63,730 nt of DNA, filler included, from Craspedostauros australis (GCA_030167865.1; 6 parts of 6 records of this genome joined end to end with filler, not necessarily neighbours in it); one strand, 5' to 3'. Positions 9,472 through 21,629 are shown, numbered from the whole stretch's first letter. Notes: generated from the sequence alone by a model not told the origin. A program made the numbers and translations.

Positions 9472-12400
9472 TCACTTCGCTTGCATCGTATTGGCTCTGG
9501 GAGACGGCTTGTGCCTGTCCCACTCATCCAGAGGCGGTTCCTCCTTGTGCGTGTCATGAAAGCAACGGCGGCAGAGTCTCACGGGATTCTCATCTTGTTT
9601 CCGTGGAAAAATTGTGCATTGACGACAGCAGCCGCCGCGCACCTTCATGATGCGGAGGTGGTGACCTTCCTTCAGGAACCGGTCCTTCTCGTCCTGCGAT
9701 GCCCAGTACCAGCATCGTTCGCAGGCGCCTCTGGATCCGTGCAAGCTCGGCGTGAATTTGAAGTGGCAGATGGGGCCCTTCTTCGGTTGTTGCGATGGCC
9801 GGCGGACGTACAGTGGGACCGTCTTCAGAGGCTTGGGTTTGGGCTTCACGACCGGTTCGGATCTTCGATTTCTGCGCGTTCGTACCTGGTCCCTCTTCTC
9901 CGAGCGTGCGATGGGTGCCGAGACCCGCTTTTTTCGAGTTGAGATTCCCTTCGGAGATTTCTCGTGGCGTTGATCAGGGGCCTTCTTCTTTGGCGGAGGC
10001 GAAGCCTCTACGATGCGTCCGTTAATGTATCGGACGGATGCAAGGGAGGCCGGGCTGGAGGTTGCCAGCGGAGACGTCAATCCGCCTGGAACGCCGATCG
10101 TCTGCCTGCGGTTCTTATCGATGCGACTTCTCGTTTTGTTCTTGCGCTTGATGGAGCCAAACAGGTACTGTGTTGAATCCAGCGACTCTGGAGAATCAGA
10201 GGGCGACACCCCAGGCGGTTGCGTCTTAGATGGCGTCGTGTACGGCGATCTTTGCTGCTGCCCTCTTCGCATTTGGTCGTATTTCAGCCGTCTCGACGTG
10301 GAGCTGTTTGGATCCAGCGACGGAGACGCTGATGAAATTGAGCGTGCCGGCGATGGTCTGCGAGAGGAGCTGGTTGCTTTGGATGAAGCTTGTGGGGAAC
10401 TTGAATGAGTCGTCGATGGCGACGAGACGACGCTGATTGATGCTGACATCGACATGGACTTGGCATGCGATGTTGGTGTGGCCGATGATGGAAACGGGTG
10501 CTCGGCATCGACAACATCGCCACAAAGCAGAAAGTCCAGATCATTTTCCAAATCGTCATGGCTGGCATCGATGTCTTCCGCTGGCCTCGAGATGACAAAG
10601 GGAATTTCATCATTCGGTTCTGGTCTAGGATCAGCCTTCGACGGAGTCTTCACGCTTTCTTCAGGGAGCTTGTTGTCCAGAACACATTCCACATCGTTGC
10701 CATCATCCGTTTCCTGAACGTCAACGTTGTCGGTATCGTGCGAATCACCACCATCGGCAGCATTCCCATTCCCGTCAACATCATGTGTGATGCTCTTGTC
10801 GTCTTCCACCGCTTCTGTTTCCAGCAAATTGATATCCTTCACCAATGATTTAGCAGCATCTCCGGCGATCTCAACCGCCTTTTGCGGCGAGGGAGACGGA
10901 GATTCAGGCAGTGGCACTCTGAGGGCTTCCTGCAGACGCAGCTCCAACACGCGGTGAATGACGGAAATGTCAGGTAGCGACCCGATGGAGTCTGCCATGC
11001 TTCTGTCCGGTGACGGCGGGTTGGATGCCGAGGTGGACTTCGGTGAGCCGTTAGTGGGGGTGGGGCGGGTGATGCTGGAGAAGCCATGCTCGGCAACTTT
11101 CGCCTCGATGTCAGTACAAATGTCATCCACAATGGGCTGGCCATTGGTTGCATTGGAGTCATCGTGATTGCCTGCGCCGTTTCGGTGGAGCGCGGTTGAA
11201 GATGAGGACAGCGGCGAGGCATCTTCGTTGAGGTAGTCCTTTCCGTCTCTGCTTCTGTCTGGCGACGATGACTGGGATCGATTCTGTGAGTCGGGTCTGT
11301 AGTTGTGAAGCGACTCCATCGTCTTTCTGCGTTCCTTCTGCAAGGATTTTTGCATGGAACGCTGCTGACGGAAGAACATATCGATTTCCGCCATCGTTGC
11401 ATAGGCTGGTGGTGCAGAGGAGTACGAAGATTCGGAGAAGTCGTCACCACCTCCGGTTACTGTTGCCGGTGATGACGATAGTTGGTGTCGTTTCTTCTTG
11501 CGTGCGATGACAATATCATTGGCTCGGAAGCTGTGGAGGAGGGCCTGGGCAGCGCGCTCGTTTTGGCGTCGCTCCTGGTGCTGCTCTTTCTGCTTGTGGA
11601 AGAAGTCGGCCATCTCCTTTGGAGCCTCTGCATTGTGTAGCTTGGCAGCTGTTGTTTTTCGCAATAGTGGTGGCCATGGCGAAGATGATGCCATGATATT
11701 ATTGACCGAGGTGTTGTGAGCATTCATCACCAATTGTCGTGGAACAGCGTGGTGCGGTGCGAAGACAGGTGAGAATGTTTGCATTCGGGGGTGATTGAAA
11801 GACAGAAAGAAGGGCGTGTTAGTGATGTGTGTGCGTCCACCATAGTTTGTGTAATACCTGTATTCTTGTGCAAACTCGTACGTAGCATGGCGAGATCGAT
11901 GGTGGCATACCGCACACCATGAGGCACGAACTGGAGATACTCCCACTTACCTTGTGGTTTGACCTGACTGCGTTTGCGTAGGGCTTCGAGTTCGGCCTTG
12001 ACACCTTGCGCCTTGGTTTTGGCGTCAACGTGGTGGATGAACTTCGGCGGTGATTTGAAGGCCGTAGTGAAAAGGTTTGACCCAGACAGCTGTCCATCGC
12101 CTGCATCCTTGCTGGGTGTCTTTGCAGGCAGCTGGCCCTTCGTTGCCGGGGTGGCTTGAGTGGCTTGGGTTGCATCGATTTTGTGCTCAGCTTGTTCAGG
12201 TTGATCAAGCTCGGCAGATTGCTGCTCCTCGGCCAGATCTGAAGACTGAGGTTCTTCGTCAGCGGCAGCTTCAGCTTTAGCGTCGGTGGCAGCATCTGGA
12301 CCTGCATTAACAACGCCTCCGCTGTTTAGCGATTCTATTCCTGCATCGGAATCTGTCACCTCTTCCACCACACCCTCATCCGTTGTCTCCGCAGTATCTT

Positions 12401-13139
12401 CTGGTGTTGCAGCGCTCTTGGCTGCGTCGCTATCTGTGCCAATGTCGGTGGCAAGACTTGGTGTAGTAGTGCCTGTCGTGGTTGTGGCCGCCAGAGCGTC
12501 TACCGAATCTTCATGAACGCTGCTGGCTGCGCTTGCTCGACTGACATCGGAGCCACGGTCGTCGTAGGTCTCATCCACGTCGTGCTTCTCATCGGAGAAT
12601 GAGGTTGGGTCGCCATTCCTGCTCTCGACATTCGCTTCTGTCTGATTCGTCGTCTCAGCCATGCCTGACAGTTGCTGCTGTTGCTCTTCTTGCTGCTGGC
12701 CCTTGATTCTGCCATGACGAGGACTTCCTTCCTTGCCTCCATTGCCCACGTCGACCTCGATGGTCGATCCCGCCTCGGAATCAGAGGCCGCATCCAGATC
12801 GTCTGCGTTGATCTCTGCCGCAGCATTCGCATCTCCATCATCGGCACCCAGGGAATCCGTATCTGCACGGCTGACTGCTTCCGTTTCTCCTCCCGCCGAA
12901 TCGTCGGTCTGCGATTCCGAAGCAACGAGATCCATCATCGATTCTGCGCCAACCACAGGTGCTGTCAGCAGTCTGCCTTCCGAGTTCCGCGGTTGTTCTT
13001 GCTGCTGCATCTGCGGCTCCGCTGTCATCATCGTCGTCATCGACGCCATTGCCGCCATGGTGTCGTTGTTGTTGCGAGGGTTGCTGCCGATTGCTCCGCC
13101 GACCATTGGTCCGCACAGATCGTCGAAGAAGGTGAGCAT
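9472..13139 (-). CDS. Two-exon, largely disordered protein with a duplicated helical motif and a C-terminal Cys/His cluster (exon 1 13139-11951, intron 11950-11649, exon 2 11648-9472)
   Basis: Donor G|GTAAGT at 11950 and acceptor AACAG|CT at 11649 join the two ORFs in frame. The spliced junction KAELEALRKRSQVKPQAAKLHNAEAPKE aligns with the neighbouring gene's KAELDALRQRHLTKPHAERLQQAEAPLE. Confidence 0.7.
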
Positions 13140-13988
13140 GGTGGCAGATCACCCTCTCCAGATCACCTTCTGCCAAGGAGCGCTTTGCTGATGCGTGTGC
13201 AAATACCACCGCACGACCAACAACCAAGAACCAACAAACCAACAACACAAGCGGAGGCAGAGACAGACGGCGGCCAAGAAAGAGAGAAACAAGCCACGAA
13301 CAGGATTGGCCGCAACTGCGTGGTGCCGTGATGTTTTACGTGGCGTGTCCCTGATTCCTCCTCTTTCTCCGCAGAATCGTGATTCTATGCCAACGTCGAC
13401 TCACACGGACCTCGTCGTCGCCTCTTGTCTCCACGACACGCCGCGAAAAAAGCGAAAGTTTGCCCAGATGAAGCGGAGGATTTCCTTTCTTGTTTCCAAC
13501 CATCGGCAGCAGTCACGTGGCAACTCAGCGCCGACCTTGTCGTTCGAATAACGGTCCCGGCAAATATCGCCACTCGCGCGTGCACGCACGGCATAGGTGC
13601 AGCATTCAAACCATGTCGCAAATAACGGCCGACATTCCGTTCCTTCCCTTGTGTTCGCTCACACGTGTCAGTATGTCCGGACAATGGGTGTGTCATGCTT
13701 CGGCTATTTCCGAGGAGACTATTTCAAAACGTGTTTCCAAAGGATACTCGTGAATGGAAGCATCTACCCACTCGTGAATGAATGGTTCGATTCTGTGTTG
13801 TTTCGGCGTATCCCTCTGCGAAGCCGGAACATGGGGATGATGACGGCGTGACGATCACGAGTGCTCAACAACAACAACAATAACAGAGACAGCAAAAACT
13901 GGTCGAGTCGAGCACTCTGCTAAGTTCATGGATTGTGCTGTCTCTTTGTCCATCTCTCGCGATTGTGGTTACTGCTCCAGTCGCGGAC

Positions 13989-16853
13989 TCATCTTGAAAT
14001 GTACTTTCTCGTCACAAACATGCCACCGATGCCAAAGATCGCCGATGATGCACGGTCTGCCCAGCTCTGTTGCGGTTGCTGCTGCTGTTCTTGTCCTCGC
14101 CGCCGCCGTCGTCGTCGTTGTTGCTGTTGTTGGGCCTGACGTTGTGGGCTGCTGGCAGATCTGTTTGCATTGGTCTGATCGATCCGTTGCTGGCCTTCCT
14201 CTCGTCGAGCGGATTGCAAAAGACTCGCATTGCTGACATTGCTGCTGTCGTTGTTGATTCTGCCGTCATCGCCGAGATTCTCGTCGTCTTTTACGCCGAA
14301 GATTTCGCGGATGCAGACGATTGACTCTTCGCTCGACAGAAGCGACGCAGATCGTGCGTGCGCTTCGTCTCTTGCATTGAGAGGCGATTCCAAAATCACT
14401 TCTTTGCTCTGCGGAATGAGATGGCGGAATTCGGTGTGCACCATGCCGTCGCGGCATCCTGTCGAGACGGATTGTCCCGATACCTGCCTCTGGTGTCCAT
14501 TCTTCGCCTGGACGGACGCAGATGCGGATGCTGCATGTGCATCCACATCATGTCCATGGTTCTCCATCTTGAGCACGTTGGAAGTCTCATTGGTCAGTTG
14601 GTTTTGTTCGCTTCGTTCGCCTTGCTTCTGGAGTTGGCCTTCGTGCTTGTGCTTGTCCTCCACTCGTTGCTCCTCGTCTTCACCTTCGTCGGTGGCATGG
14701 GGATCGGCAGTATCAAATGTGGCGCTAGCCTGAGGATGCTGGCCTTTCATGGCTGTAAGATTGTCACCACTACTGACACCGCCAGCAATGCCATCGATGG
14801 CATCATTGCCATCGCCTGTTGGAAGTGGTGTGCGGGCGTCGTCTTGGGATCGCTCTTCGAGGCCGTCCTTGACTTCCTGAAATGGTGGAAGTGCAGTTCC
14901 AAACTCCGCTGCCATGACTAGTTGAGAGTCGTTCACAGCTCCTTTGGTTTCCACCGTGCTAACTGCCGCACGACTCGAGGATTTCGCAGCTGGCGAGTTT
15001 GGCTGTGACGCAGACAACGCCGAAGACGACGGCGGAGGGGCGTGCGAACTATCAACGTGGTCGAACTCTGTGGTGGCTGCGTAATCCACACTGCCCATTT
15101 CTGTTCTGTAGAATTGGCTTCGGACATTGATGAATGAGTTTGATATCATCGACGGCATCTGCTTGGATGTTGGACTCGTGGCACCTCTGTATGTATGCAA
15201 TGAATCGAACGTCTTGCGTCGTTCGTTGTCCTGCATTTTGCGCTGCCGATGTTGGGAGGAATGGAATGCATCGATCTCTGACGAGGCGGCGTTGGGTGAC
15301 GACTCTGCTGCATGGACCGAGCTATGTGCATCCGCAGACACGCGCCGTTGACGCTGGCTTTGGTGTTGAGGTGCGTACTTGGACTTTTCCTTCTCTATCG
15401 TCTTGGCCAGAACAGTGTCGTTGTCTGTGTTCGCGCGGAAGGAGTGCCATTCCTCCATGGTGCTGTTGAGATGCTTGCGCTGCACTTGGTAGCTGAGGCT
15501 GCGCTGCTGGTTGAAGAAGGCCTCCTTCTCCAACGGCGCTTCGGCCTGCTGCAGCCGCTCCGCATGCGGTTTGGTGAGATGCCTTTGCCGCAACGCATCT
15601 AGTTCTGCCTTGCGTTGATCTGCGATCGACTTGTAGTCCTTGCAATGCACAACAGCCAACGGTCCAGGCGCAGATGTTGTTTCTTTCACCGACGCTGCTA
15701 CTGATGCTGATTCTGCTGTTGTGGCTGGTGCAGGCGCCGTTTTGCTTGTTGGGGTGGTCGGAGATGGGGACGAAGGCTGATCAGAGTCAGTGAGCTCCGG
15801 TGGATTGGGCTGCGGAGGTTGCTCGTCGCTGTGAAGAGAGCTTGATCCCGCAGAGTGATCCACTTGGTTCTTCTCTTGGATTGCATTTGAAACAGATGGA
15901 GACGTCGCTGATGAGACGGACTGGGTTGGCGTTGAAGGTGCATCCATCTGCTGTTGTTGTTGCTGCTGCTTCGTCGGGTCCTGAGGGTTGCACTCATCCA
16001 AATCATTGCTCGTCACCCCTTCTGCTGCGATGGGTTCATCCTGGATCTTGCGCTCGGTGTTGGTGAGATCATCGTGATTTCTTTGCTCTGGAATGGAGCT
16101 GTTTGAGTCGAACTTTGACTCTGCTCCTGTTTGATCTTGTGAAGTGCTCGTAACCTCGCTGGTCTTCTGGAGGTTGCTTTCTTCCGGACCATCAGCATGA
16201 TCAGGCACTTCGTCTTTGGCTTCGCCTTCACCTTCGTTCTCATTCCTATTCTCGTCTCGTTCCGTGTTGCTGTCTTGGGTCTCATCGGCAGTCTGAACTC
16301 CCTCCGTCCCCTTGGCATTGTTTTCGCCATCGCTGATACTGCTGCGATCGTCATCCTGATCCTCGTCTTCCGACGCACGCGCATGCGACGATACAGATTC
16401 ATCCTGACTTTGCTCGACTTGATGATGGTCTTCTTCTTCATGATCTGCAACAGCAACAACATTCGAGCCAGCACCGTTGCTGTCCGCGGATTCCTTGTTC
16501 GCACTGCCTCCTCCCTCCATGCTGCTGGGCTCGACCGTTGTGGGGATCGTGCTATCGAGTTCTGCATCGTTGTCCGTATTGGTGTTCGTGTTGGTGATAG
16601 GACTGGCACTGACACTGCCACTGTTGCTTCTGGTGCCTTCGTTAATGTTGAGGCTGCCGTTGGAGCCCACGATTGCGTTTGCGCTCATTTCTGTATCTTC
16701 GACAGGAGCAGCTTCACCACGATGATTTTCAGTCTCAACGGCTACATCCTCGTGGCCTTCCTCATGTGATGCTTGCGGTTCTCCGTTCTCATGCTCGTGG
16801 ACCCCTTCCGTCATCTCTGCTTCATCAGCAGCACTCTTCGTTGATTCTTCCAT
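13989..16853 (-). CDS. Acidic, disordered 954-aa hypothetical protein; paralog of the 9472-13139 gene
   Basis: Long ATG-initiated ORF that is low-complexity (E/D/S/Q). It shares the KAELxALR and ExxxF..ERRKTxxSLHxYR motifs with the adjacent gene. Confidence 0.7.
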   Translation of the reverse strand: MEESTKSAADEAEMTEGVHEHENGEPQASHEEGHEDVAVETENHRGEAAPVEDTEMSANAIVGSNGSLNINEGTRSNSGSVSASPITNTNTNTDNDAELDSTIPTTVEPSSMEGGGSANKESADSNGAGSNVVAVADHEEEDHHQVEQSQDESVSSHARASEDEDQDDDRSSISDGENNAKGTEGVQTADETQDSNTERDENRNENEGEGEAKDEVPDHADGPEESNLQKTSEVTSTSQDQTGAESKFDSNSSIPEQRNHDDLTNTERKIQDEPIAAEGVTSNDLDECNPQDPTKQQQQQQQMDAPSTPTQSVSSATSPSVSNAIQEKNQVDHSAGSSSLHSDEQPPQPNPPELTDSDQPSSPSPTTPTSKTAPAPATTAESASVAASVKETTSAPGPLAVVHCKDYKSIADQRKAELDALRQRHLTKPHAERLQQAEAPLEKEAFFNQQRSLSYQVQRKHLNSTMEEWHSFRANTDNDTVLAKTIEKEKSKYAPQHQSQRQRRVSADAHSSVHAAESSPNAASSEIDAFHSSQHRQRKMQDNERRKTFDSLHTYRGATSPTSKQMPSMISNSFINVRSQFYRTEMGSVDYAATTEFDHVDSSHAPPPSSSALSASQPNSPAAKSSSRAAVSTVETKGAVNDSQLVMAAEFGTALPPFQEVKDGLEERSQDDARTPLPTGDGNDAIDGIAGGVSSGDNLTAMKGQHPQASATFDTADPHATDEGEDEEQRVEDKHKHEGQLQKQGERSEQNQLTNETSNVLKMENHGHDVDAHAASASASVQAKNGHQRQVSGQSVSTGCRDGMVHTEFRHLIPQSKEVILESPLNARDEAHARSASLLSSEESIVCIREIFGVKDDENLGDDGRINNDSSNVSNASLLQSARREEGQQRIDQTNANRSASSPQRQAQQQQQRRRRRRRGQEQQQQPQQSWADRASSAIFGIGGMFVTRKYISR

Positions 16854-17182
16854 GTTGTGTGATGCTCACAGTTTGTGATCCGAGAGAGCAACTCCACCAA
16901 CGCTGATCTGTCGTTCGCGTTGAACTCGTGTTCTGTGATCTGGGGCGCACGGTAAATTGTCCCCAGTAGGCCCAAACGAGAAGGTACTTAGATAGACCTA
17001 TAATATTTTAGGCCTATGATGCGCGCCAGCCAGTCGAGGAACGCGCCGGCATGGCCATGTGCTCACTATCCGTGTCTCACCGAACTGGCAGAGTTACGCG
17101 TACGACCTGCACTCAATGTAAAACGGTGTCGCGATAGCACTAGTTGTGGAGTGTTTTTTTGAGTTTTACTCGTGATGAGTCG

Positions 17183-17282
17183 NNNNNNNNNNNNNNNNNN
17201 NNNNNNNNNNNNNNNNNNNNNNNNNNTTAATTAATTAANNNNNNNNNNNNNNNNNNNNNNNNNNNNNNNNNNNNNNNNNNNN
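17183..17282. other. Artificial scaffold-concatenation linker
   Basis: 44N + TTAATTAATTAA (stops in all six frames) + 44N; the same structure recurs five times in the window. Confidence 0.97.
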
Positions 17283-17670
17283 CACGAACATTGCTCGATT
17301 CAGTCGTGTTTAGAGCCATTCAACCTCAAGTCGATCGAGTCAAACTCATACCATTCACCTCTTTGCAAACCGTTGTTTGGACGTTATTGGCGTTTTTTCA
17401 ATGAGGACTTTCAACGATTCTTGTTGGAACAATCGATGTTCGGATTTTAAACTCGATTCGGTTATCGTGGATGCGTGCGAGCTGTGGTGCACCCACCCAT
17501 GCGCTTTGCCAAACCGCATCAAGCTCAAAAGACAAGGGAGACAAGGGAGAGAGAGCGCACATCGTCTCACCATCGGCACCTCGTCGTCAACGTCACTGCC
17601 ACTGTCGCGATTGGAGTCATCAAATCTCAGCAACGCACAGAACCGTGATCCCCCGAGCAGAACTACGACT

Positions 17671-18934
17671 ATGATTTCGCCAACAACTGTTATGGCACAA
17701 GCACCACCACTGTCGCCGTACGGTACCTTCACTGGTGCTCTATTCCAGTACGCACGCAATCTGGTGGCATTCGAATCATTGCCTCCAGCAGCAACACAGT
17801 TGCAAGAAAGCGATGGCAATCTTCCCAAGCACAAGTGCATTTTGATTGGTGGTCTGAGCGACGGGTTGATCCCCACGCCGTACACCAAGTCGTTGGAATC
17901 TGCATGCCACAACCTCGGTTGGAGTTTGGTGCAGCCGGTTCTTTCGTCGAGCTATTTGGGATTTGGAAATGGCGATCTGGGACGTGACACGGATGAGATC
18001 AGGTGAGCGGCACGATGGTGCGCCAAGCATTGAGATGGTGATGGGTTGCTGCTGAAGAAGCTTGGCGATTGCATTTGTGGGATCATACTCATACGAGAAC
18101 GTGTCGGAATGTTATCGCCGACGCATTCTTAATTTCATTCAAACAGCGACCGTTCAGAGTAGCTCGTAGGAGGTGTGCCATGCAAAGCATGCCCACCTAT
18201 GAAGTGTTCTCAACATCATCGCAATGCATTGCATCTATAATATCATGTGCTCTTTTTGTGCATCCCCAATTGATTGCATCCACAGCCAACTTCTAGCATA
18301 CTTGTCGCACCATCGATCAGGTGAGACGTTCGCGTTGGTCGGTCACTCCACAGGATGCCAGAACTCCATCCACTTCCTCGAGCACGGACCGCAGGAGCTG
18401 GTGGACAAGACGAGGGCGGTCGCGTTGCAAGGTTCGGTCAGCGACCGCGAAGGTCCCATGGACGAGGATGCGAAGACGTGGAAGGCAAACGTCATCACGG
18501 CCAAGACCATGGTGCAGGATGGAAGGCCCGACGAGATGATGCCGCGCGCGGCCTTCTGGGCGCCAATCACAGCGCAGCGGTTTCTGGATTTGCACGAGAT
18601 TGGTGGTCGCGACGACTACTTCAGCAGCGATTTCACCGATGATCAACTGGCCGATCGGTTGGGGCATGTGGGCAAGCTTTCCAACCTAAGGTTGCTCGTG
18701 GCATTTTCAGGTGCCGATGAGTACGTCGCGAAGCACGCGGACACGAAAGAGTTCACGCAGCGACTGGTCCGCGCCATGAATCGGCACTGCACGTCAGAAG
18801 AAGAACGGGTGGCGGAAGCGTTGTACATGCCGACTGGGAATCACAACTTGTCGCAGACTGATCGGGATGCAAGCATATTCGTTGCCAAGGTGGCTGCGAT
18901 GTTGCAGAGCACAATGCTGACGGACGGTGAATAG
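17671..18934 (+). CDS. DUF1749/UPF0613-type alpha/beta hydrolase (exons 17671-18002 and 18286-18934)
   Basis: Motifs ILIGGLSDGL, QPVLSSSYLGFG, nucleophile elbow GHSTGCQ, VSDRE, PITAQRF, DDYFSSD, SGADEYV and GNH. The intron GTGAGC...CACAG (18003-18285) restores the frame (DEIS|QLL). Confidence 0.85.
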
Positions 18935-19338
18935 AACGGTGGGCCATGAAACTGTGTCGAGTATCAGCGCTTTGGTTGCGCAGCCCTTCCGTTCCATTCA
19001 TCGATCACTGCATTGGGATCAGATGAAATTGAAGTGCGCTGGCTCAGTCGACGGTCATGGCCATGGTCATGGGCATTCCACCAGCGCAGGTAAGTCGAAG
19101 CGTCGTACAATGTCCTCGTACGTGGTTAAGTATGAGCTAGTATGCTGCGACGGTTAGCTCGCATAGATGAAATTACTCTGTGGAAATACAGGCTCGTAGA
19201 AAGACACTTGACGAGCTGCAGTCACCACTTCGGCATCAGAGTCAATCGTCCACTGCCATAGTCACGCAAACTCAAGAGAATGCCCTGTTTTACTCGAATA
19301 CAACTCTTGCCTTTCCTAGCTACTCTTAGTACCCCGCA

Positions 19339-21138
19339 TCATGAGTAATTCATTTGGTTGGGACCTCCCGCAGGATGGTACATCATCCCGACACCTTGGA
19401 ACTGCTGCTGCGGCTGCATGTAGGTGCCGGGCGGTCCTGGATACTGCGGTTGACCGGGTACCATCATCGGCGGTGGTGGGGGTGGTGGCGGGGGCAAGAC
19501 GGTTCCATAGGGCGGCATGCCGGGGTTGTGCTGCGGCGCACCGAACCCAGGTGGTGGCATAGCATTGTTGTTGTTATCCTGAATGATGGCGAATGAGGCT
19601 GGATCCACCGTTTGCACGCCGCTCTTGACCAACCGTTCCTCCTGCAGCTTGAGCATGCCCGCGTGCTTGGCCTCGCCGATATGCGTTCGCAAGTAGAAGG
19701 CCGAATGCAGATAGGAGCAGACGCGCGATTGGAGATCCAGGACGCTGCCGTCGACTGTGGGTCCGTTGAAGCCTGGGACGTTGAGCTTCGAGAGCAGCAG
19801 CTGCTGCGTCCAGAGCAGCTGTCGGAAATCCCACGCCGCCTTGCTGAGGACCCGCTGACGCCGTTGGTTGCAGGTGATCTCAAAGCTGTGTCGTTCGCTG
19901 TCGTTCATTTGGCGGATGCTGGCCTCGGCTGCGCCGGCAAAGATCGCGGAGGAGAGGCGTTCGGCGAGGCGCTCGTTGAGCTTTTTCACTTCGCCCTTGA
20001 GCTGCTCGTCGATGCGATCCAGCGCCAGCTTCTGTTGCTTCTCCTTGACCGCTGTGAGATACCACAGCGACCGCGCAACGTCCAGCACGACGCCGCCCGA
20101 TCGTTGCAACAGCCGCCGAATGAGGGCAAGAGCCAGCTCGCCTCCCAGCAGGTCCTTGCCGTTCGCGTCGGATAGCTTCGGCCGCGCCGGTGCAAAGAGC
20201 GGTGGGTTGGGTGGTTCCGGAGGCGAATCGCCATCGCGCATCATCCAGGTTGCCATGAAGTTGGGTTCCTCATCGACTTTGTCCACAATCTCCTTCAATG
20301 CCGATTCCTCCACCTTGACGTCGGCCAGCACGACGACGTGCGTGCGGGATGTTTCGTCGTGCGTTCCAGCATCGGGCGTGTCCAAACGAGCTCGCTTGGG
20401 TGCTGGTTGCTGCGCCGTGCCACCAATCGCAGCAGCAGGTGCAGATGTTGTGGCGGCAGTTGCGCTGTCCACGGATGGAACGGCGGCATCGGAGGCTGAG
20501 GCTTGAACCTCAGGAAACGAGGTTGAACTGGTCGGCGCGTCCGGGACATCCGCCATGGCAACATCCCCAGACGCCGCCACAGACGCCGTCGCAGAGACTG
20601 CCGGCGCATGCTCCTGCTGCACGGCCTCCTTGAGGCTCTGCAAGGTGAGCGCCGGATTGTTCTTGCGCATCATCTCGAGGAACTCTCCCCACAGCAAGGA
20701 CTGGTCCTGGCCATCCGTCACGGCCGCCGGCTGATGCTCGTTGCTGGCGTCCGCCATGCCCACCAACGCGCGCAGGTAGACGTTCTGCGCTGTGCGCAAC
20801 TTGCCGCGATCCTCCGCAAAGCGAGCGTAGTCCAGCCAGATGCGTCCCACGGCACCGGCCACGGGATCGTTGACGGCCTGCTCGTAGGCCTCCGTCGCGG
20901 ACTTGAACTGCTTGGCCTTCTGCAGGAAGTGGGCGTAGGCGATCCACAGCGTCGCGATGGCCTCCCTCATCTGCTCAGGATCCATGCCGGCCGCTGCGCT
21001 GCTGTTCTCGCGCGCGTCGTCGACCCAGCTCAGCAGCGCCGTTTGGAACATCATGATGCCGCTGTCCAGGTCGTTCTGCGCCAGCTTGGCGTCCGCCGCC
21101 TGGATCACCACGTTGGGGTCGTACGATCTGTCGGTCAT
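19339..21138 (-). CDS. HAT/TPR-repeat protein with a Pro/Gln-rich C-terminus
   Basis: HAT-like helices LWIAYAHFL..A..AYEQAV and IWLDYARFAEDRG..AQNVYLRAL; PAPKRARL NLS-like motif; poly-Pro tail. Likely ATG at 21138. Confidence 0.7.
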   Translation of the reverse strand: MTDRSYDPNVVIQAADAKLAQNDLDSGIMMFQTALLSWVDDARENSSAAAGMDPEQMREAIATLWIAYAHFLQKAKQFKSATEAYEQAVNDPVAGAVGRIWLDYARFAEDRGKLRTAQNVYLRALVGMADASNEHQPAAVTDGQDQSLLWGEFLEMMRKNNPALTLQSLKEAVQQEHAPAVSATASVAASGDVAMADVPDAPTSSTSFPEVQASASDAAVPSVDSATAATTSAPAAAIGGTAQQPAPKRARLDTPDAGTHDETSRTHVVVLADVKVEESALKEIVDKVDEEPNFMATWMMRDGDSPPEPPNPPLFAPARPKLSDANGKDLLGGELALALIRRLLQRSGGVVLDVARSLWYLTAVKEKQQKLALDRIDEQLKGEVKKLNERLAERLSSAIFAGAAEASIRQMNDSERHSFEITCNQRRQRVLSKAAWDFRQLLWTQQLLLSKLNVPGFNGPTVDGSVLDLQSRVCSYLHSAFYLRTHIGEAKHAGMLKLQEERLVKSGVQTVDPASFAIIQDNNNNAMPPPGFGAPQHNPGMPPYGTVLPPPPPPPPPMMVPGQPQYPGPPGTYMQPQQQFQGVGMMYHPAGGPNQMNYS

Positions 21139-21214
21139 CTTCTCTGTCTTCACCTTGTTGTGATGTGTGTTATGTCTGGCATGGGATTTGTGTGTTATGA
21201 TGGTCTTTGCCAGG

Positions 21215-21459
21215 GTGTGGATGTGGATGTGGATGTGGATGTGGATGTGGATGTGGATGTGGATGTGGATGTGGATGTGGATGTGGATGTGGATGTGGAT
21301 GTGGATGTGGATGTGGATGTGGATGTGGATGTGGATGTGGATGTGGATGTGGATGTGGATGTGGATGTGGATGTGGATGTGGATGTGGATGTGGATGTGG
21401 ATGTGGATGTGGATGTGGATGTGGATGTGGATGTGGATGTGGATGTGGATGTGGATGTG
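21215..21459. repeat. (GATGTG)n hexanucleotide microsatellite, about 40 copies
   Basis: A perfect tandem array seen directly, about 80 bp upstream of the HAT gene start. Confidence 0.97.
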
Positions 21460-21629
21460 TGTTTGAGACGTTTGAGTTGATCGAACGAATCCACTTCTTC
21501 ACTTTTCATCAAGAACAACAACGAACAGACTGGACCAAACACACAGACACAATCGTCCAAGGAGACGCAGGTCGACTCGCTCGGGGGGCTCTTAGAAGAG
21601 ACTACGATCAATGTGAGGCCTCGTGTTAC

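Noticed and set aside
17227..17238. Recurrent TTAATTAATTAA palindrome (five copies)
   Set aside because: Always centred in exactly 44N+44N. It is a synthetic six-frame-stop contig linker, not biology, so adjacency across it is meaningless.
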